From contig OZ059896.1 in assembly GCA_964057225.1 (NCBI GenBank), positions 5,084,001 through 5,148,000 of the forward strand: a stretch of DNA of 64,000 bases, written 5' to 3'. This document shows positions 44,001 through 60,000 of the stretch, in pieces. Source of the DNA: Auanema rhodensis. Lineage: Eukaryota; Animalia; Nematoda. The stretch's first letter is position 1. Each line of letters opens with the position of its first letter. The notes beneath the pieces are model-generated. The model worked only from the letters and a program-made list of their open reading frames with translations, ran no database searches and had not been told where the DNA came from. A program made the translations under genes and the position numbers.

Positions 44001-47000
44001 TTGTTTTTAGACTAATATGGACATGGGGAATCTAATTTTGAAAACCGCATCTCTTTATCTTCCACGTGAAGCGAGTTACATACCAAGTGCACATCACGTG
44101 TACATTTAATTAGCATAAATTAAAGTTCACGTAAATTTCAAAGTCATGGTTACCATGCACCAATATTAATAAAAATTTGTTTTTAGACTAATAAGGACAT
44201 GGGGAATCTAATTTTGAAAATCGCATCTCTTTATCTTTCACGTGAAGCGAGTTACATACCAAGTGCATATCACGTGTACATTTAATTAGCATAAATTAAA
44301 GTTCACGTAAATTTCAAAGTCATGGTTACCATGAACCAATATCAATAAAAATTTGTTTTTAGACTAATATGGACATGGGGAATCTAATTTTGAAAACCGC
44401 ATCTCTTTATCTTTCACGTGAAGCGAGTTACATACCAAGTGCACATCACGTGTACACTTAATTAGCATAAATTAAAGTTCACGTAAATTTCAAAGTCATG
44501 GTTACCATGCACCAATATCAATAAAAATTTGTTTTTAGACTAATATGGACATGGGGAATCTAATTTTGAAAACCGCATCTCTTTATCTTTCAAGTGAAGC
44601 GAGTTACATACCAAGTGCACATCACGTGTACATTTAATTAGCATAAATTAAAGTTCACGTAAATTTCAAAGTCATGGTTACCATGCACCAATATCAATAA
44701 AAATTTGTTTTTAGACTAATATGGACATGGGGAATCTAATTTTGAAAACCGCATCTCTTTATCTTTCACGTGAAGCGAGTTACATACCAAGTGCACATCA
44801 CGTGTACATTTAATTAGCATAAATTAAAGTTCACGTAAATTTCAAAGTCATGGTTACCATGCACCAATATCAATAAAAATTTGTTTTTAGACTAATATGA
44901 ACATGGGGAATCTAATTTTGAAAACCGCATCTCTTTATCTTTCACGTGAAGCGAGTTACATACCAAGTGCACATAACGTGTACATTTAATTAGCATAAAT
45001 TAAAGTTCACGTAAATTTCAAAGTCATGGTTACCATGCACCAATATCAATAAAAATTTGTTTTTAGACTAATATGGACATGGAGAATCTAATTTTGAAAA
45101 TCGCATCTCTTTATCTTTCACGTGAAGCGAGTTACATACCAAGTGCACATCACGTGTACATTTAATTAGCATAAATTAAAGTTCACGTAAATTTCAAAGT
45201 CATGGTTACCATGAACCAATATCAATAAAAATTTGTTTTTAGACTAATATGGACATGGGGAATCTAATTTTGAAAACCGCATCTCTTTATCTTTCACGTG
45301 AAGCGAGTTACATACCAAGTGCACATCACGTGTACATTTAATTAGCATAATATAAAGTTCACGTAAATTTCAAAGTCATGGTTACCATGCACCAATATTA
45401 ATAAAAATTTGTTTTTAGACTAATATGGACATGGGGAATCTAATTTTGAAAACCGCATCTCTTTATCTTTCACGTGAAGCGAGTTACATACCAAGTGCAC
45501 ATCACGTGTACATTTAATTAGCATAAATTAAAGTTCACGTAAATTTCAAAGTCATGGTTACCATGCACCAATATCAATAAAAATTTGTTTTTAGACTAAT
45601 ATGGACATGGAGAATCTAATTTTGAAAACCGCATCTCTTTATCTTTCACGTGAAGCGAGTTACATACCAAGTGCACATCACGTGTACATTTAATTAGCAT
45701 AAATTAAAGTTCACGTAAATTTCAAAGTCATGGTTACCATGCACCAATATCAATAAAAATTTGTTTTTAGACTAATATGAACATGGGGAATCTAATTTTG
45801 AAAACCGCATCTCTTTATCTTTCACGTGAAGCGAGTTACATACCAAGTGCACATAACGTGTACATTTAATTAGCATAAATTAAAGTTCACGTAAATTTCA
45901 AAGTCATGGTTACCATGCACCAATATCAATAAAAATTTGTTTTTAGACTAATATGGACATGGAGAATCTAATTTTGAAAACCGCATCTCTTTATCTTTCA
46001 CGTGAAGCGAGTTACATACCAAGTGCACATCACGTGTACATTTAATTAGCATAAATTAAAGTTCACGTAAATTTCAAAGTCATGGTTACCATGCACCAAT
46101 ATTAATAAAAATTTGTTTTTAAACTAATATGGACATGGGGAATCTAATTTTGAAAACCGCATCTCTTTATCTTTCACGTGAAGCGAGTTACATACCAAGT
46201 GCACATCACGTGTACATTTAATTAGCATAAATTAAAGTTCACGTAAATTTCAAAGTCATGGTTACCATGCACCAATATCAATAAAAATTTGTTTTTAGAC
46301 TAATTTGGACATGGGGAATCTAATTTTGAAAACCGCATCTCTTTATCTTTCAAGTGAAGCGAGTTACATACCAAGTGCACATCACGTGTACATTTAATTA
46401 GCATAAATTAAAGTTCACGTAAATTTCAAAGTCATGGTTACCATGCACCAATATTAATAAAAATTTGTTTTTAGACTAATATGGACATGAGGAATCTAAT
46501 TTTGAAAACCGCATCTCTTTATCTTTCACGTGAAGCGAGTTACATACCAAGTGCACATCACGTGTACATTTAATTAGCATAAATTAAAGTTCACGTAAAT
46601 TTCAAAGTCATGGTTACCATGCACCAATATCAATAAAAATTTGTTTTTAGACTAATATGGACATGGAGAATCTAATTTTGAAAACCGCATCTCTTTATCT
46701 TTCACGTGAAGCGAGTTACATACCAAGTGCACATCACGTGTACATTTAATTAGCATAAATTAAAGTTCACGTAAATTTCAAAGTCATGGTTACCATGAAC
46801 CAATATCAATAAAAATTTGTTTTTAGACTAATATGGACATGGGGAATCTAATTTTGAAAACCGCATCTCTTTATCTTCCACGTGAAGCGAGTTACATACC
46901 AAGTGCACATCACGTGTACATTTAATTAGCATAAATTAAAGTTCACGTAAATTTCAAAGTCATGGTTACCATGCACCAATATTAATAAAAATTTGTTTTT

Positions 47001-49632
47001 AGACTAATAAGGACATGGGGAATCTAATTTTGAAAATCGCATCTCTTTATCTTTCACGTGAAGCGAGTTACATACCAAGTGCATATCACGTGTACATTTA
47101 ATTAGCATAAATTAAAGTTCACGTAAATTTCAAAGTCATGGTTACCATGAACCAATATCAATAAAAATTTGTTTTTAGACTAATATGGACATGGGGAATC
47201 TAATTTTGAAAACCGCATCTCTTTATCTTTCACGTGAAGCGAGTTACATACCAAGTGCACATCACGTGTACACTTAATTAGCATAAATTAAAGTTCACGT
47301 AAATTTCAAAGTCATGGTTACCATGCACCAATATCAATAAAAATTTGTTTTTAGACTAATATGGACATGGGGAATCTAATTTTGAAAACCGCATCTCTTT
47401 ATCTTTCAAGTGAAGCGAGTTACATACCAAGTGCACATCACGTGTACATTTAATTAGCATAAATTAAAGTTCACGTAAATTTCAAAGTCATGGTTACCAT
47501 GCACCAATATCAATAAAAATTTGTTTTTAGACTAATATGGACATGGGGAATCTAATTTTGAAAACCGCATCTCTTTATCTTTCACGTGAAGCGAGTTACA
47601 TACCAAGTGCACATCACGTGTACATTTAATTAGCATAAATTAAAGTTCACGTAAATTTCAAAGTCATGGTTACCATGCACCAATATCAATAAAAATTTGT
47701 TTTTAGACTAATATGAACATGGGGAATCTAATTTTGAAAACCGCATCTCTTTATCTTTCACGTGAAGCGAGTTACATACCAAGTGCACATAACGTGTACA
47801 TTTAATTAGCATAAATTAAAGTTCACGTAAATTTCAAAGTCATGGTTACCATGCACCAATATCAATAAAAATTTGTTTTTAGACTAATATGGACATGGAG
47901 AATCTAATTTTGAAAATCGCATCTCTTTATCTTTCACGTGAAGCGAGTTACATACCAAGTGCACATCACGTGTACATTTAATTAGCATAAATTAAAGTTC
48001 ACGTAAATTTCAAAGTCATGGTTACCATGAACCAATATCAATAAAAATTTGTTTTTAGACTAATATGGACATGGGGAATCTAATTTTGAAAACCGCATCT
48101 CTTTATCTTTCACGTGAAGCGAGTTACATACCAAGTGCACATCACGTGTACATTTAATTAGCATAATATAAAGTTCACGTAAATTTCAAAGTCATGGTTA
48201 CCATGCACCAATATTAATAAAAATTTGTTTTTAGACTAATATGGACATGGGGAATCTAATTTTGAAAACCGCATCTCTTTATCTTTCACGTGAAGCGAGT
48301 TACATACCAAGTGCACATCACGTGTACATTTAATTAGCATAAATTAAAGTTCACGTAAATTTCAAAGTCATGGTTACCATGCACCAATATCAATAAAAAT
48401 TTGTTTTTAGACTAATATGGACATGGAGAATCTAATTTTGAAAACCGCATCTCTTTATCTTTCACGTGAAGCGAGTTACATACCAAGTGCACATCACGTG
48501 TACATTTAATTAGCATAAATTAAAGTTCACGTAAATTTCAAAGTCATGGTTACCATGCACCAATATCAATAAAAATTTGTTTTTAGACTAATATGAACAT
48601 GGGGAATCTAATTTTGAAAACCGCATCTCTTTATCTTTCACGTGAAGCGAGTTACATACCAAGTGCACATAACGTGTACATTTAATTAGCATAAATTAAA
48701 GTTCACGTAAATTTCAAAGTCATGGTTACCATGCACCAATATCAATAAAAATTTGTTTTTAGACTAATATGGACATGGAGAATCTAATTTTGAAAACCGC
48801 ATCTCTTTATCTTTCACGTGAAGCGAGTTACATACCAAGTGCACATCACGTGTACATTTAATTAGCATAAATTAAAGTTCACGTAAATTTCAAAGTCATG
48901 GTTACCATGCACCAATATTAATAAAAATTTGTTTTTAAACTAATATGGACATGGGGAATCTAATTTTGAAAACCGCATCTCTTTATCTTTCACGTGAAGC
49001 GAGTTACATACCAAGTGCACATCACGTGTACATTTAATTAGCATAAATTAAAGTTCACGTAAATTTCAAAGTCATGGTTACCATGCACCAATATCAATAA
49101 AAATTTGTTTTTAGACTAATTTGGACATGGGGAATCTAATTTTGAAAACCGCATCTCTTTATCTTTCAAGTGAAGCGAGTTACATACCAAGTGCACATCA
49201 CGTGTACATTTAATTAGCATAAATTAAAGTTCACGTAAATTTCAAAGTCATGGTTACCATGCACCAATATTAATAAAAATTTGTTTTTAGACTAATATGG
49301 ACATGAGGAATCTAATTTTGAAAACCGCATCTCTTTATCTTTCACGTGAAGCGAGTTACATACCAAGTGCACATCACGTGTACATTTAATTAGCATAAAT
49401 TAAAGTTCACGTAAATTTCAAAGTCATGGTTACCATGCACCAATATCAATAAAAATTTGTTTTTAGACTAATATGGACATGGAGAATCTAATTTTGAAAA
49501 CCGCATCTCTTTATCTTTCACGTGAAGCGAGTTACATACCAAGTGCACATCACGTGTACATTTAATTAGCATAAATTAAAGTTCACGTAAATTTCAAAGT
49601 CATGGTTACCATGCACCAATATCAATAAAAAT
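44001..49632. repeat. 16-monomer (2816 bp) tandem duplication
   Basis: T62C at 44062/46878, T18A at 44194/47010 and AATATAAAG at ~45351/48167. The variant order of n=250-265 matches n=266-281. Confidence 0.92.
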
Positions 49633-52600
49633 TTGTTTTTAGACTAATATGGACATGGGGAATCTAATTTTGAAAACCGCATCTCTTTATCTTTCACGTG
49701 AAGCGAGTTACATACCAAGTGCACATCACGTGTACACTTAATTAGCATAAATTAAAGTTCACGTAAATTTCAAAGTCATGGTTACCATGCACCAATATCA
49801 ATAAAAATTTGTTTTTAGACTAATATGGACATGGGGAATCTAATTTTGAAAACCGCATCTCTTTATCTTTCAAGTGAAGCGAGTTACATACCAAGTGCAC
49901 ATCACGTGTACATTTAATTAGCATAAATTAAAGTTCACGTAAATTTCAAAGTCATGGTTACCATGCACCAATATCAATAAAAATTTGTTTTTAGACTAAT
50001 ATGGACATGGGGAATCTAATTTTGAAAACCGCATCTCTTTATCTTTCACGTGAAGCGAGTTACATACCAAGTGCACATCACGTGTACATTTAATTAGCAT
50101 AAATTAAAGTTCACGTAAATTTCAAAGTCATGGTTACCATGCACCAATATCAATAAAAATTTGTTTTTAGACTAATATGAACATGGGGAATCTAATTTTG
50201 AAAACCGCATCTCTTTATCTTTCACGTGAAGCGAGTTACATACCAAGTGCACATAACGTGTACATTTAATTAGCATAAATTAAAGTTCACGTAAATTTCA
50301 AAGTCATGGTTACCATGCACCAATATCAATAAAAATTTGTTTTTAGACTAATATGGACATGGAGAATCTAATTTTGAAAACCGCATCTCTTTATCTTTCA
50401 CGTGAAGCGAGTTACATACCAAGTGCACATCACGTGTACATTTAATTAGCATAAATTAAAGTTCACGTAAATTTCAAAGTCATGGTTACCATGCACCAAT
50501 ATCAATAAAAATTTGTTTTTAGACTAATATGGACATGGAGAATCTAATTTTGAAAACCGCATCTCTTTATCTTTCACGTGAAGCGAGTTACATACCAAGT
50601 GCACATCACGTGTACATTTAATTAGCATAAATTAAAGTTCACGTAAATTTCAAAGTCATGGTTACCATGAACCAATATCAATAAAAATTTGTTTTTAGAC
50701 TAATATGGACATGGGGAATCTAATTTTGAAAATCGCATCTCTTTATCTTTCACGTGAAGCGAGTTACATACCAAGTGCACATCACGTGTACATTTAATTA
50801 GCATAAATTAAAGTTCACGTAAATTTCAAAGTCATGGTTACCATGAACCAATATCAATAAAAATTTGTTTTTAGACTAATATGGACATGGGGAATCTAAT
50901 TTTGAAAACCGCATCTCTTTATCTTTCACGTGAAGCGAGTTACATACCAAGTGCACATCACGTGTACATTTAATTAGCATAAATTAAAGTTCACGTAAAT
51001 TTCAAAGTCATGGTTACCATGCACCAATATTAATAAAAATTTGTTTTTAGACTAATATGGACATGGGGAATCTAATTTTGAAAACCGCATCTCTTTATCT
51101 TTCACGTGAAGCGAGTTACATACCAAGTGCACATCACGTGTACATTTAATTAGCATAAATTAAAGTTCACGTAAATTTCAAAGTCATGGTTACCATGCAC
51201 CAATATCAATAAAAATTTGTTTTTAGACTAATATGGACATGGAGAATCTAATTTTGAAAACCGCATCTCTTTATCTTTCACGTGAAGCGAGTTACATACC
51301 AAGTGCACATCACGTGTACATTTAATTAGCATAAATTAAAGTTCACGTAAATTTCAAAGTCATGGTTACCATGCACCAATATCAATAAAAATTTGTTTTT
51401 AGACTAATATGGACATGGGGAATCTAATTTTGAAAACCGCATCTCTTTATCTTTCACGTGAAGCGAGTTACATACCAAGTGCACATCACGTGTACACTTA
51501 ATTAGCATAAATTAAAGTTCACGTAAATTTCAAAGTCATGGTTACCATGCACCAATATCAATAAAAATTTGTTTTTAGACTAATATGGACATGGGGAATC
51601 TAATTTTGAAAACCGCATCTCTTTATCTTTCAAGTGAAGCGAGTTACATACCAAGTGCACATCACGTGTACATTTAATTAGCATAAATTAAAGTTCACGT
51701 AAATTTCAAAGTCATGGTTACCATGCACCAATATCAATAAAAATTTGTTTTTAGACTAATATGGACATGGGGAATCTAATTTTGAAAATCGCATCTCTTT
51801 ATCTTTCACGTGAAGCGAGTTACATACCAAGTGCACATCACGTGTACATTTAATTAGCATAAATTAAAGTTCACGTAAATTTCAAAGTCATGGTTACCAT
51901 GAACCAATATCAATAAAAATTTGTTTTTAGACTAATATGGACATGGGGAATCTAATTTTGAAAACCGCATCTCTTTATCTTTCACGTGAAGCGAGTTACA
52001 TACCAAGTGCACATCACGTGTACATTTAATTAGCATAAATTAAAGTTCACGTAAATTTCAAAGTCATGGTTACCATGCACCAATATTAATAAAAATTTGT
52101 TTTTAGACTAATATGGACATGGGGAATCTAATTTTGAAAACCGCATCTCTTTATCTTTCACGTGAAGCGAGTTACATACCAAGTGCACATCACGTGTACA
52201 TTTAATTAGCATAAATTAAAGTTCACGTAAATTTCAAAGTCATGGTTACCATGCACCAATATCAATAAAAATTTGTTTTTAGACTAATATGGACATGGGG
52301 AATCTAATTTTGAAAATCGCATCTCTTTATCTTTCACGTGAAGCGAGTTACATACCAAGTGCACATCACGTGTACATTTAATTAGCATAAATTAAAGTTC
52401 ACGTAAATTTCAAAGTCATGGTTAGCATGAACCAATATCAATAAAAATTTGTTTTTAGACTAATATGGACATGGGGAATCTAATTTTGAAAACCGCATCT
52501 CTTTATCTTTCACGTGAAGCGAGTTACATACCAAGTGCACATCACGTGTACATTTAATTAGCATAAATTAAAGTTCACGTAAATTTCAAAGTCATGGTTA

Positions 52601-52976
52601 CCATGAACCAATATCAATAAAAATTTGTTTTTAGACTAATATGGACATGGGGAATCTAATTTTGAAAACCGCATCTCTTTATCTTTCACGTGAAGCGAGT
52701 TACATACCAAGTGCACATCACGTGTACATTTAATTAGCATAAATTAAAGTTCACGTAAATTTCAAAGTCATGGTTACCATGCACCAATATCAATAAAAAT
52801 TTGTTTTTAGACTAATTTGGACATGGGGAATCTAATTTTGAAAACCGCATCTCTTTATCTTTCAAGTGAAGCGAGTTACATACCAAGTGCACATCACGTG
52901 TACATTTAATTAGCATAAATTAAAGTTCACGTAAATTTCAAAGTCATGGTTACCATGCACCAATATTAATAAAAAT

Positions 52977-54032
52977 TTGTTTTTAGACTAATATGGACAT
53001 GAGGAATCTAATTTTGAAAACCGCATCTCTTTATCTTCCACGTGAAGCGAGTTACATACCAAGTGCACATCACGTGTACATTTAATTAGCATAAATTAAA
53101 GTTCACGTAAATTTCAAAGTCATGGTTACCGTGAACCAATATCAATAAAAATTTGTTTTTAGACTAATTTGAACATGGGGAATCTAATTTTGAAAACCGC
53201 ATCTCTTTATCTTTCAAGTGAAGCGAGTTACATACCAAGTGCACATCACGTGTACATTTAATTAGCATAAATTAAAGTTCACGTAAATTTCAAAGTCATG
53301 GTTACCATGAACCAATATCAATAAAAATTTGTTTTTAGACTAATATGGACATGGGGAATCTAATTTTGAAAACCGCATCTCTTTATCTTTCAAGTGAAGC
53401 GAGTTACATACCAAGTGCACATCACGTGTACATTTAATTAGCATAAATTAAAGTTCACGTAAATTTCAAAGTCATGGTTACCATGCACCAATATTAATAA
53501 AAATTTGTTTTTAGACTAATATGGACATGAGGAATCTAATTTTGAAAACCGCATCTCTTTATCTTCCACGTGAAGCGAGTTACATACCAAGTGCACATCA
53601 CGTGTACATTTAATTAGCATAAATTAAAGTTCACGTAAATTTCAAAGTCATGGTTACCGTGAACCAATATCAATAAAAATTTGTTTTTAGACTAATTTGA
53701 ACATGGGGAATCTAATTTTGAAAACCGCATCTCTTTATCTTTCAAGTGAAGCGAGTTACATACCAAGTGCACATCACGTGTACATTTAATTAGCATAAAT
53801 TAAAGTTCACGTAAATTTCAAAGTCATGGTTACCATGAACCAATATCAATAAAAATTTGTTTTTAGACTAATATGGACATGGGGAATCTAATTTTGAAAA
53901 CCGCATCTCTTTATCTTCCACGTGAAGCGAGTTACATACCAAGTGCACATCACGTGTACATTTAATTAGCATAAATTAAAGTTCACGTAAATTTCAAAGT
54001 CATGGTTACCATGCACCAATATTAATAAAAAT
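52977..54032. repeat. 3-monomer (528 bp) tandem duplication within the second large block
   Basis: A G26A+T62C+A155G monomer at n=301 and n=304 (A155G at 53131/53659), each followed by a TTTGAAC monomer. Confidence 0.88.
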
Positions 54033-57000
54033 TTGTTTTTAGACTAATAAGGACATGGGGAATCTAATTTTGAAAATCGCATCTCTTTATCTTTCACGTG
54101 AAGCGAGTTACATACCAAGTGCATATCACGTGTACATTTAATTAGCATAAATTAAAGTTCACGTAAATTTCAAAGTCATGGTTACCATGAACCAATATCA
54201 ATAAAAATTTGTTTTTAGACTAATATGGACATGGGGAATCTAATTTTGAAAACCGCATCTCTTTATCTTTCACGTGAAGCGAGTTACATACCAAGTGCAC
54301 ATCACGTGTACATTTAATTAGCATAAATTAAAGTTCACGTAAATTTCAAAGTCATGGTTACCATGCACCAATATTAATAAAAATTTGTTTTTAGACTAAT
54401 ATGGACATGGGGAATCTAATTTTGAAAATCGCATCTCTTTATCTTTCACGTGAAGCGAGTTACATACCAAGTGCACATCACGTGTACATTTAATTAGCAT
54501 AAAGTAAAGTTCACGTAAATTTCAAAGTCATGGTTACCATGAACCAATATCAATAAAAATTTGTTTTTAGACTAATATGGACATGGGGAATCTAATTTTG
54601 AAAACCGCATCTCTTTATCTTTCAAGTGAAGCGAGTTACATACCAAGTGCACATCACGTGTACATTTAATTAGCATAAATTAAAGTTCACGTAAATTTCA
54701 AAGTCATGGTTACCATGAACCAATATCAATAAAAATTTGTTTTCAGACTAATTTGGACATGGGGAATCTAATTTTGAAAACCGCATCTCTTTATCTTTCA
54801 CGTGAAGCGAGTTACATACCAAGTGCACATCACGTGTACATTTAATTAGCATAAATTAAAGTTCACGTAAATTTCAAAGTCATGGTTACCATGCACCAAT
54901 ATTAATAAAAATTTGTTTTTAGACTAATATGGACATGAGGAATCTAATTTTGAAAATCGCATCTCTTTATCTTTCACGTGAAGCGAGTTACATACCAAGT
55001 GCACATCACGTGTACATTTAATTAGCATAAATTAAAGTTCACGTAAATTTCAAAGTCATGGTTACCATGAACCAATATCAATAAAAATTTGTTTTTAGAC
55101 TAATATGGACATGGGGAATCTAATTTTGAAAACCGCATCTCTTTATCTTTCACGTGAAGCGAGTTACATACCAAGTGCACATCACGTGTACATTTAATTA
55201 GCATAAAGTAAAGTTCACGTAAATTTCAAAGTCATGGTTACCATGCACCAATATCAATAAAAATTTGTTTTTAGACTAATATGGACATGGGGAATCTAAT
55301 TTTGAAAATCGCATCTCTTTATCTTTCACGTGAAGCGAGTTACATACCAAGTGCACATCACGTGTACATTTAATTAGCATAAATTAAAGTTCACGTAAAT
55401 TTCAAAGTCATGGTTACCATGAACCAATATCAATAAAAATTTGTTTTTAGACTAATATGGACATGGGGAATCTAATTTTGGAAACCGCATCTCTTTATCT
55501 TTCACGTGAAGCGAGTTACATACCAAGTGCACATCACGTGTACATTTAATTAGCATAAATTAAAGTTCACGTAAATTTCAAAGTCATGGTTACCATGCAC
55601 CAATATTAATAAAAATTTGTTTTTAGACTAATATGGACATGGGGAATCTAATTTTGAAAACCGCATCTCTTTATCTTTCACGTGAAGCGAGTTACATACC
55701 AAGTGCACATCACGTGTACATTTAATTAGCATAAATTAAAGTTCACGTAAATTTCAAAGTCATGGTTACCATGAACCAATATCAATAAAAATTTGTTTTT
55801 AGACTAATATGGACATGGGGAATCTAATTTTGAAAACCGCATCTCTTTATCTTTCACGTGAAGCGAGTTACATACCAAGTGCACATCACGTGTACATTTA
55901 ATTAGCATAAATTAAAGTTCACGTAAATTTCAAAGTCATGGTTACCATGCACCAATATCAATAAAAATTTGTTTTTAGACTAATATGGACATGGGGAATC
56001 TAATTTTGAAAACCGCATCTCTTTATCTTTCACGTGAAGCGAGTTACATACCAAGTGCACATCACGTGTACATTTAATTAGCATAAATTAAAGTTCACGT
56101 AAATTTCAAAATCATGGTTACCATGCACCAATATCAATAAAAATTTGTTTTTAGACTAATATGAACATGGGGAATCTAATTTTGAAAACCGCATCTCTTT
56201 ATCTTTCACGTGAAGCGAGTTACATACCAAGTGCACATCACGTGTACATTTAATTAGCATAAATTAAAGTTCACGTAAATTTCAAAGTCATGGTTACCAT
56301 GCACCAATATTAATAAAAATTTGTTTTTAAACTAATATGGACATGGGGAATCTAATTTTGAAAACCGCATCTCTTTATCTTTCACGTGAAGCGAGTTACA
56401 TACCAAGTGCACATCACGTGTACATTTAATTAACATAAATTAAAGTTCACGTAAATTTCAAAGTCATGGTTACCATGAACCAATATCAATAAAAATTTGT
56501 TTTTAGACTAATATGGACATGGGGAATCTAATTTTGAAAATCGCATCTCTTTATCTTTCACGTGAAGCGAGTTACATACCAAGTGCACATCACGTGTACA
56601 TTTAATTAGCATAAATTAAAGTTCACGTAAATTTCAAAGTCATGGTTACCATGAACCAATATCAATAAAAATTTGTTTTTAGACTAATATGGACATGGGG
56701 AATCTAATTTTGAAAACCGCATCTCTTTATCTTTCACGTGAAGCGAGTTACATACCAAGTGCACATCACGTGTACATTCAATTAGCATAAATTAAAGTTC
56801 ACGTAAATTTCAAAGTCATGGTTACCATGCACCAATATTAATAAAAATTTGTTTTTAGACTAATATGGACATGGGGAATCTAATTTTGAAAACCGCATCT
56901 CTTTATCTTTCACGTGAAGCGAGTTACATACCAAGTGCACATCACGTGTACATTTAATTAGCATAAATTAAAGTTCACGTAAATTTCAAAGTCATGGTTA

Positions 57001-60000
57001 CCATGCACCAATATCAATAAAAATTTGTTTTTAGACTAATATGGACATGGAGAATCTAATTTTGAAAACCGCATCTCTTTATCTTTCACGTGAAGCGAGT
57101 TACATACCAAGTGCACATCACGTGTACATTTAATTAGCATAAATTAAAGTTCACGTAAATTTCAAAGTCATGGTTACCATGCACCAATATCAATAAAAAT
57201 TTGTTTTTAGACTAATATGGACATGGGGAATCTAATTTTGAAAACCGCATCTCTTTATCTTTCACGTGAAGCGAGTTACATACCAAGTGCACATCACGTG
57301 TACACTTAATTAGCATAAATTAAAGTTCACGTAAATTTCAAAGTCATGGTTACCATGCACCAATATCAATAAAAATTTGTTTTTAGACTAATATGGACAT
57401 GGGGAATCTAATTTTGAAAACCGCATCTCTTTATCTTTCAAGTGAAGCGAGTTACATACCAAGTGCACATCACGTGTACATTTAATTAGCATAAATTAAA
57501 GTTCACGTAAATTTCAAAGTCATGGTTACCATGCACCAATATCAATAAAAATTTGTTTTTAGACTAATATGGACATGGGGAATCTAATTTTGAAAATCGC
57601 ATCTCTTTATCTTTCACGTGAAGCGAGTTACATACCAAGTGCACATCACGTGTACATTTAATTAGCATAAATTAAAGTTCACGTAAATTTCAAAGTCATG
57701 GTTACCATGAACCAATATCAATAAAAATTTGTTTTTAGACTAATATGGACATGGGGAATCTAATTTTGAAAACCGCATCTCTTTATCTTTCACGTGAAGC
57801 GAGTTACATACCAAGTGCACATCACGTGTACATTTAATAAGCATAAATTAAAGTTCACGTAAATTTCAAAGTCATGGTTACCATGCACCAATATCAATAA
57901 AAATTTGTTTTTAGACTAATATGGACATGGGGAATCTAATTTTGAAAATCGCATCTCTTTATCTTTCACGTGAAGCGAGTTACATACCAAGTGCACATCA
58001 CGTGTACATTTAATTAGCATAAATTAAAGTTCACGTAAATTTCAAAGTCATGGTTACCAAGAACCAATATCAATAAAAATTTGTTTTTAGACTAATATGG
58101 ACATGGGGAATCTAATTTTTAAAACGGCATCTCTTTATCTTTCACGTGAAGCGAGTTACATACCAAGTGCACATCACGTGTACATTTAATTAGCATAAAT
58201 TAAAGTTCACGTAAATTTCAAAGTCATGGTTACCATGAACCAATATCAATAAAAATTTGTTTTTAGACTAATATGGACATGGGGAATCTAATTTTGAAAA
58301 CCGCATCTCTTTATCTTTCACGTGAAGCGAGTTACATACCAAGTGCACATCACGTGTACATTTAATTAGCATAAATTAAAGTTCACGTAAATTTCAAAGT
58401 CATGGTTACCATGCACCAATATCAATAAAAATTTGTTTTTAGACTAATTTGGACATGGGGAATCTAATTTTGAAAACCGCATCTCTTTATCTTTCAAGTG
58501 AAGCGAGTTACATACCAAGTGCACATCACGTGTACATTTAATTAGCATAAATTAAAGTTCACGTAAATTTCAAAGTCATGGTTACCATGCACCAATATTA
58601 ATAAAAATTTGTTTTTAGACTAATATGGACATGAGGAATCTAATTTTGAAAACCGCATCTCTTTATCTTTCACGTGAAGCGAGTTACATACCAAGTGCAC
58701 ATCACGTGTACATTTAATTAGCATAAATTAAAGTTCACGTAAATTTCAAAGTCATGGTTACCATGAACCAATATCAATAAAAATTTGTTTTTAGACTAAT
58801 ATGGACATGGGGAATCTAATTTTGAAAACCGCATCTCTTTATCTTTCACGTGAAGCGAGTTACATACCAAGTGCACATCACGTGTACACTTAATTAGCAT
58901 AAATTAAAGTTCACGTAAATTTCAAAGTCATGGTTACCATGCACCAATATCAATAAAAATTTGTTTTTAGACTAATATGGACATGGAGAATCTAATTTTG
59001 AAAACCGCATCTCTTTATCTTTCACGTGAAGCGAGTTACATACCAAGTGCACATCACGTGTACATTTAATTAGCATAAATTAAAGTTCACGTAAATTTCA
59101 AAGTCATGGTTACCATGCACCAATATCAATAAAAATTTGTTTTTAGACTAATATGGACATGGGGAATCTAATTTTGAAAACCGCATCTCTTTATCTTTCA
59201 CGTGAAGCGAGTTACATACCAAGTGCACATCACGTGTACACTTAATTAGCATAAATTAAAGTTCACGTAAATTTCAAAGTCATGGTTACCATGCACCAAT
59301 ATCAATAAAAATTTGTTTTTAGACTAATATGGACATGGGGAATCTAATTTTGAAAACCGCATCTCTTTATCTTTCAAGTGAAGCGAGTTACATACCAAGT
59401 GCACATCACGTGTACATTTAATTAGCATAAATTAAAGTTCACGTAAATTTCAAAGTCATGGTTACCATGCACCAATATCAATAAAAATTTGTTTTTAGAC
59501 TAATATGGACATGGGGAATCTAATTTTGAAAACCGCATCTCTTTATCTTTCACGTGAAGCGAGTTACATACCAAGTGCACATCACGTGTACATTTAATTA
59601 GCATAAATTAAAGTTCACGTAAATTTCAAAGTCATGGTTACCATGCACCAATATCAATAAAAATTTGTTTTTAGACTAATATGAACATGGGGAATCTAAT
59701 TTTGAAAACCGCATCTCTTTATCTTTCACGTGAAGCGAGTTACATACCAAGTGCACATAACGTGTACATTTAATTAGCATAAATTAAAGTTCACGTAAAT
59801 TTCAAAGTCATGGTTACCATGCACCAATATCAATAAAAATTTGTTTTTAGACTAATATGGACATGGAGAATCTAATTTTGAAAATCGCATCTCTTTATCT
59901 TTCACGTGAAGCGAGTTACATACCAAGTGCACATCACGTGTACATTTAATTAGCATAAATTAAAGTTCACGTAAATTTCAAAGTCATGGTTACCATGAAC

